From Microbotryum violaceum (taxonomy: Eukaryota): a DNA stretch of 64,000 bases. The position numbers were made by a program, and so were the translations under genes. The notes beneath the pieces are model-generated. The model was not told the origin of the DNA, did no database searches, and worked only from the letters and a program-made list of their open reading frames with translations. Every line of letters begins with the position of its first letter. Within the stretch, counting starts at the first letter, position 1. Of this stretch, positions 48,051 to 61,176 are shown in pieces. The stretch spans positions 682,001 to 746,000 of the forward strand of contig CDLV01000008.1 in assembly GCA_001244265.2 (NCBI GenBank), read 5' to 3'.

Positions 48051-50307
48051 TTAGAAGATAGCATCCCACAGCTTGCCACCAAAGGTGGTGGGCTCCTTGA
48101 ACTTCGCGGCCTCGGATTCGGCGATGTCGTCGAGCTCACGACGACCGGTCTGGAAGTCCATGAGGTCGAGCGTGACAAAGTGGGTGCGGCGCCAGAACTT
48201 CCAGAACACAAACAACACCGCGAAGATGACGAGGGTGATGTACGAAATGACGAAGTTGGTCGTGTTCCAGTTGCCGTGCAAGAAGATGGTGTAGCCGTTG
48301 AAAATGATGACGAGCGTGACCAAGGTGATGCCGAAGTAACTCGAGTAAGGCTGGAACGGAGCGACGTAGGGGAACGTGTTGCGGTCGATGCCCTGGCGCT
48401 TGCACCCGTAGTAGAAGCGGAGGAAACTGAGGTGGATCGTGCCCCAAGTGAGCAGACCGGTGATGGACGAGATATTGGACAAGTAGCCGAAAGCGGTCGC
48501 GGACGAAGTGCCGACGTTCATGTAGGCCAAAAGACCAACAGCCGCGGTGACGATCAAGCACCAGATGGGAAGACCGTTCTTGGTGCACTTGCGGAAGAAG
48601 GCGGGGGCCTTGCCGTCGCAAGCGAGACCGTAGAGCGTACGCGAAGCAGCGTAGAGATCCGAGTTACCAGCCGAGAAGGCCGAGATGAGCACGACCGAAT
48701 TGACGATCGAAGGGAGGACGGGGATACCGGCGTTGCGGATGGCAATGACCCACGGTGAGGCGGCGGTACCGGTATTGTGCAAAAGTCCGGGGTCGTTGGG
48801 CGAGACGATCAAGCCCATGATGAAGACACCGATGACGTAGAAAAAGAGGATGCGGTAGAACACACGTCGGATCGCCTTGGGCATGTTGCGGCGCGGGTTC
48901 TCGGCCTCACCAGCGGTCAAGGCGACGATTTCGGTACCGAGGTAGGAGAAGGCGGCTTGCACGAAGACGGTCCAGAAGGCCAAAAACTGGCCCCACGATC
49001 CGGGGATACCGTTTTCTTGCTGGAAAGGTCCGGGATTTCTCCAGAATCTGTGGCGTGGAGGAGGAAGGAATTGTCAGTCTACTGCGCAAGGCGGAGACCC
49101 GTTCGGCTCTCTGGCTCGCACTCACTGGAAGCCGATGGCAGGGCTGCCGGCACCACCAGCGGTAATGATGATGCCCAACAAGATCAGACCGAGGATGGTG
49201 ATGATCTTGATGACGGTGAACCAGAACTCGGCCTCACCGTAGGCGCGCACGCCCAAAAAGTTGAACGACATGATGGTGACCAAAAAGACCGAGATCCACA
49301 CGGCGACGTTGATGTTCCTGCCGCCTTCCCAGAACTGGATGACCAAGGCCGCGGCGGTGATTTCGGTCGGGAGTGTGATGGCGTACGAGTACCAGTAGTT
49401 CCATCCGAGGGCGAAACCGAGGGCCGGGTCGACGAAACGGGCGGCGTAATGGGTGAAGGCACCGGAGACGGGGTAGAGCGTGCACATCTCGCCGAGCGCT
49501 GTCATCATCGAGTAAACGACGAGACCCATGATGGAGTAGCCGAGCCAGATACCCAACGGTCCACCAGTGGCGAGAGCACCTCCCGCACCGACGAAAAGAC
49601 CCGTACCGATGGCTGCGAGTAGGGGGACACGTTCAGAGGCGATAACAGCATCACGAAAGAGAAGGGCCGTCCAAGCGGAAGGCGAGAGAGAAGCAGAGAG
49701 GAGCGACGTCAGCCGAGTGCGTGGGCCAGGGCTAGACCGGGCCTTAGTGGGAAAAGCGATTTCAAGACTCACTGCCACCGAGAGCAATCATCTGCAGGTG
49801 CCTATCGGACCACAAAGAACACCAAGCCAGCAACACATCGTCAGTACACCACTTCTGAGCACCGCGCCGTCACACTTGTGTACAGCAATGAGGCCGTCCG
49901 CCCGCTGGATCCGCATGCGCCTGCGCGTCAGCCCAACGCTGATTGGCTTATCTTTCGGCCAGTCAGGACCCAGCAGTGGCGGCGCGCGCCGAACCGATGA
50001 CCCGACGCCGTTCGCAAAGCCAGATTGGCGTGGGGGCGAGGCGGAATTCTAGTCGGTTTCAGATCTCACCTTGCTTTCAGATCGCTGGTAGAGTGCACAG
50101 CAGAATGACATGATGGGCAGCAGTGGTCAGTCGACTGTGCTCCGAGCTGGAATGAGAGAGAGAGAGAACCTACCGATGAACGGTTCCATCGGGAGTGCCA
50201 CCAGCCAAACCGTGAAGCTCGACCTGGGTGTAGGCGGGGGTCTTTTCCGACTTCTCGACGTCTTCAGCGGCGATGGCCTTCTCGGCATCGACTTCCTTGG
50301 ACGACAT
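48051..50307 (-). CDS. Amino acid permease (APC superfamily, yeast amino acid transporter family)
   Basis: R|DLKAR|HLQMIALGG|TIGTGLFVG; MTALGEM; RFVDPALGFALGWNYW; YGEAEFWF; FSYLGTE...AGEAENP; multiple TM helices. Confidence 0.95.
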
Positions 50308-51448
50308 GGTTTTCGGATCAAAACAAATTCGGTGGTAAGATGAAAACGAAGGAGGGGTGGATGGAGCGGATTGTTCGAAAGGCCCGGACGATAGCGCGAG
50401 ACGAGGGAGAGGAAGGAAAAACGACCGTGAGCGCACTGAGCCGAGATTTGGCTGCGGCCGAGTGCGGGCGCGCCCTGGAGGAAAACGGAAATGAGGGGCA
50501 AATCAGCGATAGGCAGTGATATAAATAGCGGGCACCCTTGGCGAGAGTGTGGCGGGCGCGGGCGCATAGTGGCTGAAATCTGGTCAGAACAATCGCTGGC
50601 CCGTATAGGTGCTACAGGCGATGGGCCAACGGCTTCACCTGAGCTGTTTTGGACGGTCTCTAATCGAAAGGGCCTGGATGATATGCGGGGTAAGAAAACA
50701 CCTCCAGCGGCCGTCGCCGTCGCCCAAGCTCGTTTTTTTCTTCTCCGTCACCCCGTCTTCATGGTGCGATCTCAAAACCCCGCTCCTTTCTGGTTTCTGG
50801 ACCCCTTGATGACAGTGGAACCTATAGGAGCCACGATATCGATGTCTACCCCACAAGGTGCTTATCAGGCTACGAGAAGACTGATTGGTCTGCTCCGCCT
50901 AGACCGGGGCTCGCGTTTCGGCACTTCTACTTGTTGTAGACACTTATGAGTACTGCATCCTGCGTGACCGAGATCCCCAGAATCCAACACCAGAAGCTCG
51001 GACAAAATCGTATCGTAGGTATGTCCCAAACTTTAAATTGAGACTCGCGAGTCGCTTGATCAATGGGGAACTGTTGAGTCGTGTGACCGAAGTTTACCGG
51101 GGCGGTGGGCGAGAACTCGGCGATAAAGAGCGCACGCCAGCGGCAACTCGCGCCGGCTGCAGTGTGGGCTCCTTCAACGTCATGCCATTGCTCTCGCGGA
51201 CTAAGACCTGTTTCCCACCAGTTTCTTCTTTACAGCGGGTTAAAACCTTTTAGAAATCCTCATATACTGGCAGGATGAGCCGTTGAGTTCAAGCTCTTTG
51301 ACGCGTCTGGCGAAATTTGGCCGTCATTGCAAATGCCGAGCGGAAAAGCAGGCTAGTGACAGGTGGTCCGTGCAAGTAGAGGAGTCGATTCGCCGTCGGG
51401 CGAACCGCGCGGTGGGGGAGGAGGAGGCCCTTTACGATCCTTCCACGT

Positions 51449-52997
51449 ATGCTACCCGTTCTCTTTCTCCACACCAAGAGAGCCTTCAGTTCCACCTCCT
51501 GTCGATCCCTCTCCAACGCAGCAGCAGCGATGACTGCCTACCCTTCTATCCAAGCTTACAAGAGCGAGATGCTCGACGTTGATGACACCCACTCCATTTC
51601 GATTCGCCAATACGGTAATCCTCAAGGTGTTCCCGTTGTGTGAGTTCCTCTGCGTGGGGCAACCCGACGTCGTTTCGGCCTTCTGGCGAATGACCTCCGG
51701 CCCGAAGCGCTCTTCTCTTCTCCGCCGTCATACTCTTCCACCTCAAGTTACACCTAACTGTCCTCTCCTTCCTCTCCCCTCCAGCCACATCCACGGCGGT
51801 CCCGGAGGCGCCTGTTCGGACCGCGACGCCACACGTTTCAACCCCTCGACCTATCGTATCGTACTATTCGATCAACGTGGATGCGGTGAATCGACTCCCC
51901 CCAGTTGTTTGAAGGACAACACGACGCAACATTTGATTGAGGACATCGAGACGATTAGGAAACACTTGGGCGTAGGGGAGAGTTGGCATGTCTTTGGGGG
52001 CAGTTGGGGTGAGTGGATGAATTTGGAGAGGGTCGGGAGGGGTTAACTTGGGGTCTGATTGCAGTTGCGAGTGCGTTCGTTCAGGTTCGACGTTGAGTCT
52101 TGCGTACGCTCAAGCTCATCCCAAGAGCGTCAAGTCCCTCACTCTTCGAGGTATCTTCACCGTACGTCGAACCGTACACAACAGCTCCCAAAAATAAAAA
52201 GCCCCTTTCTAAACAGATTTTTTCGGATTTAGCTCCGCAAAGAAGAACTTGATTTCTTTTACCAAGGACCCGGCACCTCCTTCCTCTTCCCCGAATACTG
52301 GGATGAATACGTATCGGTCATCCCCGAAGCCGAACGAGGGGATATGGTCAAAGCGTACCATAATCGATTGACGGGGGACGATGAGGAGGAAAGGGCCAAG
52401 GCGGGTAAGGCTTGGTCCACGTGGGAGATGTCGACGAGTCGATTGAGGGTCGATCCGGACTATATCAAAAAGGCGGACGCACCAGGGTTTGCGGATGCGT
52501 TTGGTGAGTTTGGCGAGAAGGAAGGCGGGGTTTTTGTGTGCTGAGGAGAAGGGGCACTGATCGTGGGTTGGGTGCGCACGCAGCCCGAATTGAAAGCCAC
52601 TACTTTGTCAACGAAGGCTTCCTCCCTCAAGGCGAATTACTCAAGAAGGAGAACATTGACAAGATTCGCCACGTACGTATATCATTGATCCCTCTTCACG
52701 GCCACGACCCTGACAAAACGCGTTCGGCCTCTCCAGATCCCGACGGTCATCGTTCAAGGTCGCTACGACTGCGTGTGCCCGATAAAGACTTCTTGGGAGT
52801 GAGTACCTTTCCTTTCTGCTTAGCCCTCGCCTACTTCCTAAGCATTCTAACATCTTTTCCCTCCTTGAACTAGTCTACACAAAGCCTTCCCGGAAGCGGA
52901 GTACATCGTCGTTCCCGATGCGGGTCACTCGGCGATCGAGGAAGGAATCGAAAAGGCCTTGTTGGAAGCGACGGACAAGTTCTCCAAACTGCAATAG
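51449..52997 (+). CDS. Proline iminopeptidase (peptidase S33)
   Basis: YGNPQGVPVV|HIHGGPGG, IVLFDQRGCG, VFGGSW|GSTLSLAYAQAHP, ARIESHYFVN, IVQGRYDCVCP, DAGHSAIE; second in-frame ATG at 51530. Confidence 0.94.
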
Positions 52998-53056
52998 AAG
53001 GCTTTCATTCTTGCTGAATCGCAGAAAGAGCAATACAAATCATCGAATTATATTCC

Positions 53057-54256
53057 TCATTCTCCTACAAGATCCTCGGCTGCTGTCTCCTTCGTCGCCT
53101 CTTTTTTAGCTCGAGCCATCAAACCCAAGTACCCACGATTCTTCTCGGCGTCCGAATAGAACAAGAGGTCGGTCCTCTTGATGGGATCGGCTTTCCCGGG
53201 TAAGGGGAGCCCCTTTTTATGGAACGAGTCGGGATTGAGGAGAGCTCGCTGTGGGTGGGGCGTCAGACGGAAGGATGAGCCTTAATAGGTCATGGTGCGC
53301 GAGATCGAGGGTGCGCCCGTCTCACCAAAGTCAATCGATTCTCGTATCGCGCAACAAGGGTACCGTTGAGGCTCTCGATCGCCTTGATGGCGGATTGGGA
53401 AGCCCTCGAGACGACGATGTTGACATTGGGAGTGTTCCATTTGTCCGCGCCCTGCGAGCTCGGCTCGGTATACGGAGAGATGAGTCTTCTCGATCGCTTC
53501 TACTCCTGCTGCCGGAAGCTTCGAGCACGAAAACTCACGTCGCCCAATAGCTTGACCCCATGTTTGATCCCATGCACGCACTTGGACCTCTTCAACTCGC
53601 TCATCGTGATCGGTCGACTCGGGTCGATCAAGCCTCTATCGATCCAATGTTGCAACCGATCCAAGTTCAACGGGGTCCATTCCTGTCTCTCGCTGCAAGG
53701 CACGGTTCCTGATCAGTTTGTTTCCCCTCGGGATGTAGGCGGCAGTCGTTTTGTGCAACTTGCGTATTCGTAAAACCCCTCTTGGGGTAAGCCCTCGTCA
53801 AGGGCGTTTGCCCACCGGCGAAATGGAGAGCGGGTTTCCCGTTGCCGGAACGAGCTCCTTGGCCTTTGTGGCCTCGACCTGAAGTGCCTCCGCGTCCGGA
53901 ACCGATGCCTCGGCCGACTCGTTTGCGCTGGTGGGTTTTGGTTGGTCGGAGGTGAGATGGTGAGAGATGGAGCGGGCCAGAGTTGGAGATTTGAGTTGCG
54001 CATCCGACCGTGTGGGCAAGAGAGAGAAAGCGGTAAGGTCCAGTCATCATGCATGCCCTCCCGCCAGCCAACCCGACTCCCACTCGACCCCACTGACCTT
54101 GTGTGTACTGCCCGGCGCAGGGGACAAATTGCCCAAGTGGGAGGTCGACGCGGTCGCATACGATCGGGCGACCAAGGGCGAAGAGCACGACCCGATCAGA
54201 CGCGGTGATGGTGTCGAGAGGATCAAGCTGTTCAGCAGATGGTGGAGGGACGTCAT
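53057..54256 (-). CDS. MRPL10: Mitochondrial large ribosomal subunit protein uL15m
   Basis: [41 protein letters not shown]...GGQTPL...[26 protein letters not shown]-terminal presequence. Confidence 0.94.
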
Positions 54257-54509
54257 GGTGGGGTGCGGGTGAAGGTGAGAGTGGCAGCAGAGGAGGAGCA
54301 GCGCGGCAAAGGGCAAAGGGGGTTCCGTTCCAGAGCGAGCGCATAACTGGAGGAGGGGATTGTAATAAATTCACTCAGGGCGGCTAATCGGTGAAATTGT
54401 AATAATGCGCTCGCTCATCCCCGCGCGTTTCAAGCGCTTCTCCGCTGCTCCTCCGACTGGCCCCCACAACCACACACCACACAGCCACCGCCACCGCCAC
54501 CGCCACACC

Positions 54510-55361
54510 ATGGGAGCAGGTCAAAGCAAGACCGACTCTGGAGCACCCGAAGTGGACGTCTCGGATGATCGCTCCGAGCAGACCTTCTTCGCTCCGAGGG
54601 CTCAAGCCAACGTCCAGGTGCGCTGACCGGGCAGTGTTGTGCTTCGAGTAGTCGAGTGACCTACTCACTCCCTCCTCTTTTGCGTTCTTGCCAGCTGGAC
54701 GAGAACCTCATCAACCACCTGTCCTCTTCTTCCTCTTCCTCTTCCTCTTCCTCCTCCTCCTCCTCCTCCTCCTCCTCCACAAATCCCCCCCTCCCGCTCT
54801 CACGTCAACAACATCTCGACTCGCACATCCAGTCGCGCATCAGAGCCGAGATCGAACGTCTCCAATCCCAAGAACGCTCGATCCGTCAACAGATCGAAGC
54901 CGCTCTGGAAAAGGAGAACCTCGAAAAGGAACGATCGAGTTCGAGTTCGGACGAAGCGCGACCGACCAGTCATTCGGCGAGTCTGATGGACGACCTCGAC
55001 AGGTTGGAAAAGACGTCTCAGACGATCAAGGGGGGGAAAGACTTGGTCGCCAAGGACGAGTGGGATAAATTTGAGAAGAGAGAATCCGGCCTGTTGGAGT
55101 GTCTCAAGTCCGTTCATCCTTCAACCCGGCATGGAGGGCCACAGAACGAGGCACTGACTCTTCACCCTCACGCCGCCGTACAGAAACAACAAGCAAACAC
55201 CCCTCGACTGCGCCGACGAGGTCGACAAGTTCAGGCAGGCCGTACAAAACATCGAGACCGTCAGTCGCGCCTTTACCGTCTTTCGTTATCCGAGCCTGGC
55301 CTGGCTGACGGACTGACGCTTGGCTCTTCGTCCCCTTCAGGCTTTCGTGGCCGCGATCTAG
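54510..55361 (+). CDS. MIC19: MICOS subunit Mic19 (DUF1690 family)
   Basis: Myristoylation-type MGAGQSK; LDSHIQSRIRAEIERL...ALEKENL; C-terminal CLK|NNKQTPLDCADEVDKFR. Confidence 0.85.
54722..54778 (+). repeat. (TCT/TCC)n microsatellite encoding poly-Ser in Mic19
   Basis: Directly visible trinucleotide run. Confidence 0.85.
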
Positions 55362-55522
55362 GTCCCTTTAGATAGTATATCCGATCACGGTCTTTTGTGT
55401 GCGAATATTTACTTAAAATAAAACAGAGGCTACAGCAGCAGGCGGTGATAGTGATAGATGCCAAGTGACAAGCGGCAAGCGACACAAAGGATAAAGAAGC
55501 AACCAAGCCACCAAATACGGGT

Positions 55523-58436
55523 TCATAAAAACATGCCAGGATCCTCTGCGAGCCAACAATAACCTCACCAAATGTTCAGTCTCGCGTATTGACATTGGCC
55601 TAGTCGAGGACCACTCACCGCTAGAGAAGATCTTGTAGATCGTTTCCGACAACTTGGCCCCGATCGTTCGGTTCGTCGCCACACCCGTGACGTTGCTCCC
55701 GCGCTGTTTCAGAAACCCATCCGGTCAGCTTGATGCGAAGCTCAAGTAGGCAACAACGCAACACACGAACCCCGATCCCAACGAGCATATTCTTCCTCTC
55801 CCCCGACGGCAACTTGGCCCACCCGTCGTAGAGCTCCTTGATCGTCGGATAATGCCCCACGATTGCCTTAGCAACACTGAATCGACGATCATCAAATTCA
55901 GTACTCCGAAATCCACGCGTTTTCTCGGTTCCTCGAACTCACGGTTCCGTAACACTTTTCAACGTCGCCAACATCTTGACGTACGTGTCCTCCAAATTCG
56001 ACCCCGAAGCAAATTTCTCTTCCCCCGTCCCTAAGGCGGCAATGTGCATATTCTTCTGGCGTCTGCACGAGTTAGTGGCGAAACACGTCAGAAGTTCCTC
56101 CCGGGGTCCTAGACATATACGATAAAACGACATACTGATAAGGCTTCTGACTGATGTCGTACGTCAACTGCTCGATCCAATCGACGGCTTCTTCGACCGA
56201 GTTGACGGCGATCATAAAGCACCGACTCTGGGATTGAACCCTATGCTCCGCACGCCAAGACAAGACTCAGTCTCGCATTTCTCCATTCACCCAACCAGGA
56301 AAGCTCACCTCAACAACTCCATCTGAATCACCTCCTTTTCAGGCTGCTTCTCCCCAATCCCGACGCTCCTCGGCGCACTCGGTCCAGCCAAAGGGACGTT
56401 ATCCAACCTCAATCTCGTATCCTCCCTATACGCCGCTTGTTTCGCATTCTCCATCTCGCGATACAACGAGTTCAACCCGTAATGCATGAGTATGATTTGG
56501 GAATGGGCGCCGATGCGCTCTTGAATTTTTTGGAGGTTGCGCAGGAGGGTCTTGTCTGCGATTTGGATTGAGAGTTGCAGGGCCGAACTGGGAACACATT
56601 CGAACAACAAACATGAGCTTTGCCCTTCCTTCTTTTGATCAAAGAAGGAAATAACTCACATATAAATTAACCTCGAGTCCTCCTCGACCACAAGCTCATT
56701 CCCTTCCCCCAGCGGCTCAAATATATTCTTCTCCATGTTCCACCTGCGATCGCACCACCTCGTCCAACGAATCGTGCCTTCACATCCTATATCCCTCCTC
56801 GGCGTCTCGGGAGCTTCGACGACACATCCCTGCGGGTTCATGCGCGTTTGTAGAAGCTTGGTGATATTCATCCATTGAGGCTGCTTGCTCTTCTTTCCCT
56901 TCTTCGCCTTTTTCTTCTTCTTGCCCCCTTCACCTCCGTCTTCCTCCTCCTCATCTTCCGTATCAGAAAATTGATCAAAATCGGTCCCCGAAAGATGGAT
57001 CGTCAACTCCATCACGGTCGTCGCCTTATCACCCGCCCTCAAATTGTTGGCTTTGACGAGCACGGCCTTCTCCTTGGCCAAACGGGCTTTTTCAACCGCT
57101 TTGCGTTCCTTCTCGGCGGCTTTGTTTGCCTTGATCGTTTCCCTTTCGTCCAGCGAGAGCGTCGAAGCCTGGTGCAAGGCATTCACGGAATCGATACGTC
57201 AGGGAACATCCTCCAATAGCTTGAGGATATACCGTTTGAAAGTTTAAAGATCACTCACCTTGCGTTTCGCATTCCCCGCCACCGCCACCGCCACCGCCTT
57301 CTCCCTCTCCTTCGCTTGAGCCCTCTCCCTCTTCCCCTCTTCACTCTTTCTCCTCTCCCTCTCCTTTTTCCTCTTCTTCTTCCCCGCCATCTCCTCCCTC
57401 ATCTCCTTCTCCCAAACCCTCGTCTCTTCCCTCCAATCCAATTCCACAACAGGCCCGCCTTCACTGTTCATGATGAACTGACGAGGTGGGCCACGAAAAC
57501 TGGCGCAAGTTTCGTCAATTTCGGAGGAATCGGTCGTGGTCGCGCTTCCATCTTCATCGTCGTCATCGTCGTATATGCCGACTCGTTTGCCTTTGCGTTT
57601 GGTCGTCGTCGACGACTTGGCTTTGTGGTAGATCGGTAAGTGATCCAACATGGAGAGGATCGCCGATCCTGAACCGGACCTTCGAGCTGCGAGTGCGGGT
57701 GGTAATGGTGGTGCGTCTCGAAATGGGTTTGGAACAGGAGGTCGACGAGCCTTTTTTTTTTTTTTTTTTTTTTTTCGTTGGTGGAGATTATCAAGGTAAT
57801 TTGCATCAGTTGGATGCATGCCCAGCCTGGACCGTAGAATGAAGCCGGGACTAACACTGGAAGGGGAAGCGGCCGGACCCGCTCGACTGGGTCCGACTGT
57901 GGGTCCAAGATAGGTACTCCTCGAAGGTGCGAATCCTAGCGTAGCTGGATCAGGTAGTTCACCATCCTCGTCTGATGTGGGTGGTCGGACCGGAAGAGGT
58001 GCGGTCCTAATTCAAGTACAAAGGTGGGTCAATTCCTCGTCGCCCCTTGTGGGTGGCCTCCACGTGACTTTACGTGAACTGACTGACCTCTGCAGCGGTC
58101 GTCTAGACGATCCTTGAACGACGATAGCTACTCCATCGTCGCTACTTGATTCACTCGACAATACTTTCATAGCTCCCTGTGTGATCCCCTGATCCTCATC
58201 CGACGACTCGTCCAACAAGTCAATCTGCACTACCTCCTTGCCTTTGCCCTTCCCCTTGCCCTTGCCTCTATCCATCCCAACCCCCTCCCATGTCCCAAAC
58301 TGAACGGGCGAAGCAGCAGGAGAAGAAAGAAGGAACAAAGGAGTCCCCATCCCTATCCCTGACGTAGTTCGCGGTTGATGTCGTGGTGTGGAGTCGTGAT
58401 CGATCGTAGCCAGAGGGACGCGTGGCGACGCGTCGT

Positions 58437-58470
<34 letters not shown>

Positions 58471-58575
58471 ATCGTTGTCCTCGATGTCGACGTTGCGGTG
58501 CCAGGTTGCGGGTTTGGATGGCTGAGGTATTACGTGGACTTCGACGTCGGAGGAATAAGTATAGGAATCGTTCAT
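55523..58575 (-). CDS. EME1: Crossover-junction endonuclease subunit EME1/Mms4 (ERCC4-like domain)
   Basis: KANNLRAGDKATTVMELTI; DWIEQLTYDISQKPY; DTYVKMLATLKSVT; YPTIKELY; RTIGAKLSETIYKIF; long disordered N-terminus. Confidence 0.85.
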
Positions 58576-58877
58576 CGTGCACGGCCAACACCCCCACGCA
58601 CTACGGCACGGCGAAACCAAGACGAGCGCACAACGAGCGAGCACATGAGCGCTGAAAGAAATCAAAGTTGGCGCTCCGCTCGCAAGGTCAATTGGTCCGC
58701 AAGAGTCCGCGCGTCATTCGAGCACTCGGAGTCTCCTCTTCAACTCTTCAACTTCCACTGGGTCTCTCCCTCTCCGCGATCACTCAACTCCTTTCTCTCA
58801 AGGTGTAAGAAAGATAGATGATGATCCACAAGTTTTAGGAAACGTAAAGCAGAGAGATGATGAACATCCCCGCTCGA

Positions 58878-61176
58878 TCATCGCATCGCCAACCCAACGA
58901 TCGGTGTACCCCGCTCAGCGGTTTTGGCCCTTCGTGCTTGAATGAAATAAGGGACCGTACCTGCGAAACAAAACACTGCGCACGGACCGCACGAAGAACA
59001 CCCTATTCTTCAGTCCTTCCTCCCCCAAGATAATCTCGATCCGATCTATCTTGTACTCACTAAACGCAGCCAGCGATTCCCAAGGTTTGGAGAAACACGA
59101 CAACACGATCAGGAACAAACTCGTCGAAGCGAATAAGATCGGTGTCGAGAGCCACGTTCGATAAGGTCGTTTCAAAGTCGGTTCTTGCACGCGCAGGACA
59201 AGAAGCCCGACGACGACCCAAAAGTTGAAGAACCACGCGCAAACGCCGTAAAACAAGGTAAGGCTAGAAGGGTGGGAGGGGTGGGGAATGGTCAGGTTGA
59301 TGAACGGCAGTGGTATTGAGGGACGGATTTAAGACATACTGTGCGAAATCACCAAAGATGATGAAAATGATCGAGAGGACCGACGAGAGCATGATTCCAT
59401 TGAGTGGCGTTTCCCTGCGCTCGTTATATCTCGCAAACAACTTGGGGATGAAACCTTGCTCGCCGGCGGAGACGATCAATCGACTTGAAGTGTACAACGA
59501 GCCGTTCAATGCGCCGATACAGGAGATGGAAACGATCAGGGCAAAGAGCACGCCCCCGATAGGGCCAGCGAGACCTCGTCCAAAGTCGAGGCCGATGGTG
59601 GAGGAGGAGACCGCGGTGGTGAAAGGGAGAACGAGGAAGTAGGAAATGTTGGCGAGGACGAAGAGGAGCACAACGAGCGCCAGACTGATGTTGATGATGA
59701 GACTGCGAACAAATGGCCACGAAAGGGTTTAGTTTTGCAACATTTTCCTCTATATGTGGACCAATGTGAACCAAGATCGCTCACGGAAGGGTTCCTGGGG
59801 CGCAATCCTTGGCGACGTAGTTGCACTGATCCCACCCATCAAAAGTCTGCAGTCGCGAAGCGTCAGTTCACAACTCCCACTCTCGGTCCGTCCTCAGCGG
59901 GAACATACCCAAAGTGCACTGAAGAGTGCGAGCGCATACCCAGCCGGTTTGTCCGACGAGCCCTCAAAAGAGAACGAAGAAGCTGCTCTCCCTAAACCCA
60001 AGACGACGAGACCCCCAATAAAGACGAGCACGAGTGCAAGAACCTGAGAATATCCCGCGCGTCAGCGCGTAATCCGTGTAAGCTCTATCAGGGCCATCTG
60101 ATTTCAACGAACCTTGAACACCGTCAATACCAATTGGGCCCTTGTCCCCGCTCTTGTACTCCATGCTTGCATACACGACAGGAGGAAGAGAGCGAGGATA
60201 CCGACTAACTTGATTGCTATTGTCGGCACCCCTCTGACGATTGTGATCTCAAGCGGAAGTTCAGGTTTTGCGCACCGCCGATCCACGTTGAGACCCATCA
60301 CGGACTGACCGAGCAGCCACTGTAGGGTTCTTTGAGAATGCAGTGTGCCATATGATGCGACACATGTATTCGCCAAAGATAATGCTGATGATAGCTTGCG
60401 ACCCAGGTTTGAGCGCGGTAACGGCCGTGAAGGAGAAGCAGTACGCGGGTAGAGGTCCGAAAGCGGCGTCGAGGTACTGTACTCGAAGCAAGAGATTTGG
60501 TTTTTTGTTTGTTTTGTGAGTGAACCATCTCTAACGTTCCTTGGATCGCTCCAGCTGAACTGACCGCCTGTGCACCACCATTGATCGGCAGTGCCGTCCC
60601 GAGCTCGGCGAAACTCAATGCCCCAGCCCACGATAGCAACCCCGCGAATGTCCATAATAACAACGCGCTTCCTACAGCTCCTGTTTCCTTGGCCACGACA
60701 CCGGGTGACGAGAAAATACCGGAGCCAATTTGCATCCCCACGATGAGCGCGACACCAGCCATGACGGTGATGGGTTCCGAAACGGTGCCGTTCCTCCTCT
60801 TATTTGATTCGTCGCTCGTCGCCAAGGATAACAAGTGCGCGGAGGAAAAGTCGAACATGAGAGTTGAGGAAGGTCTTCGTGATCGTGTAAGTCCCTTTCC
60901 TTTCCCTCGTGGTTGTCCCTCGTTATCTTGGCTTGGACGACCGATATCATCGTCGTCGTCGTCGTCATTATTGAGCAAGGGTAGTGCACCGGTGCCATCG
61001 TGATCATGCCCCGTCTCGTCCTCGTCGGTATGGTAATCATCCTCCCTTACGGGGCGGGATACGGACGCCGTGACGGTCGTCGATGCCCCTGCTTCAGCCA
61101 TTTCGTATGCGGAAGTCGAAGTCGACGCGACGGGTCGCGCGGCGGTGGGCGTTGTGGACCCGCTACTTGACGCCAT
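58878..61176 (-). CDS. LAT-family (Mup1-like) amino acid transporter
   Basis: GVALIVGMQIGSGIFSSPG, SFAELGTALPINGGAQA|YL, KPGSQAIISIIFGEY, ISCIGALNG, EPTLKRPYRTW. Confidence 0.92.

Noticed and set aside
52983-52997. SKL near the proline iminopeptidase C-terminus
   Set aside because: The protein ends SKLQ*, so the tripeptide is not terminal; no splice variant exposing it was found.
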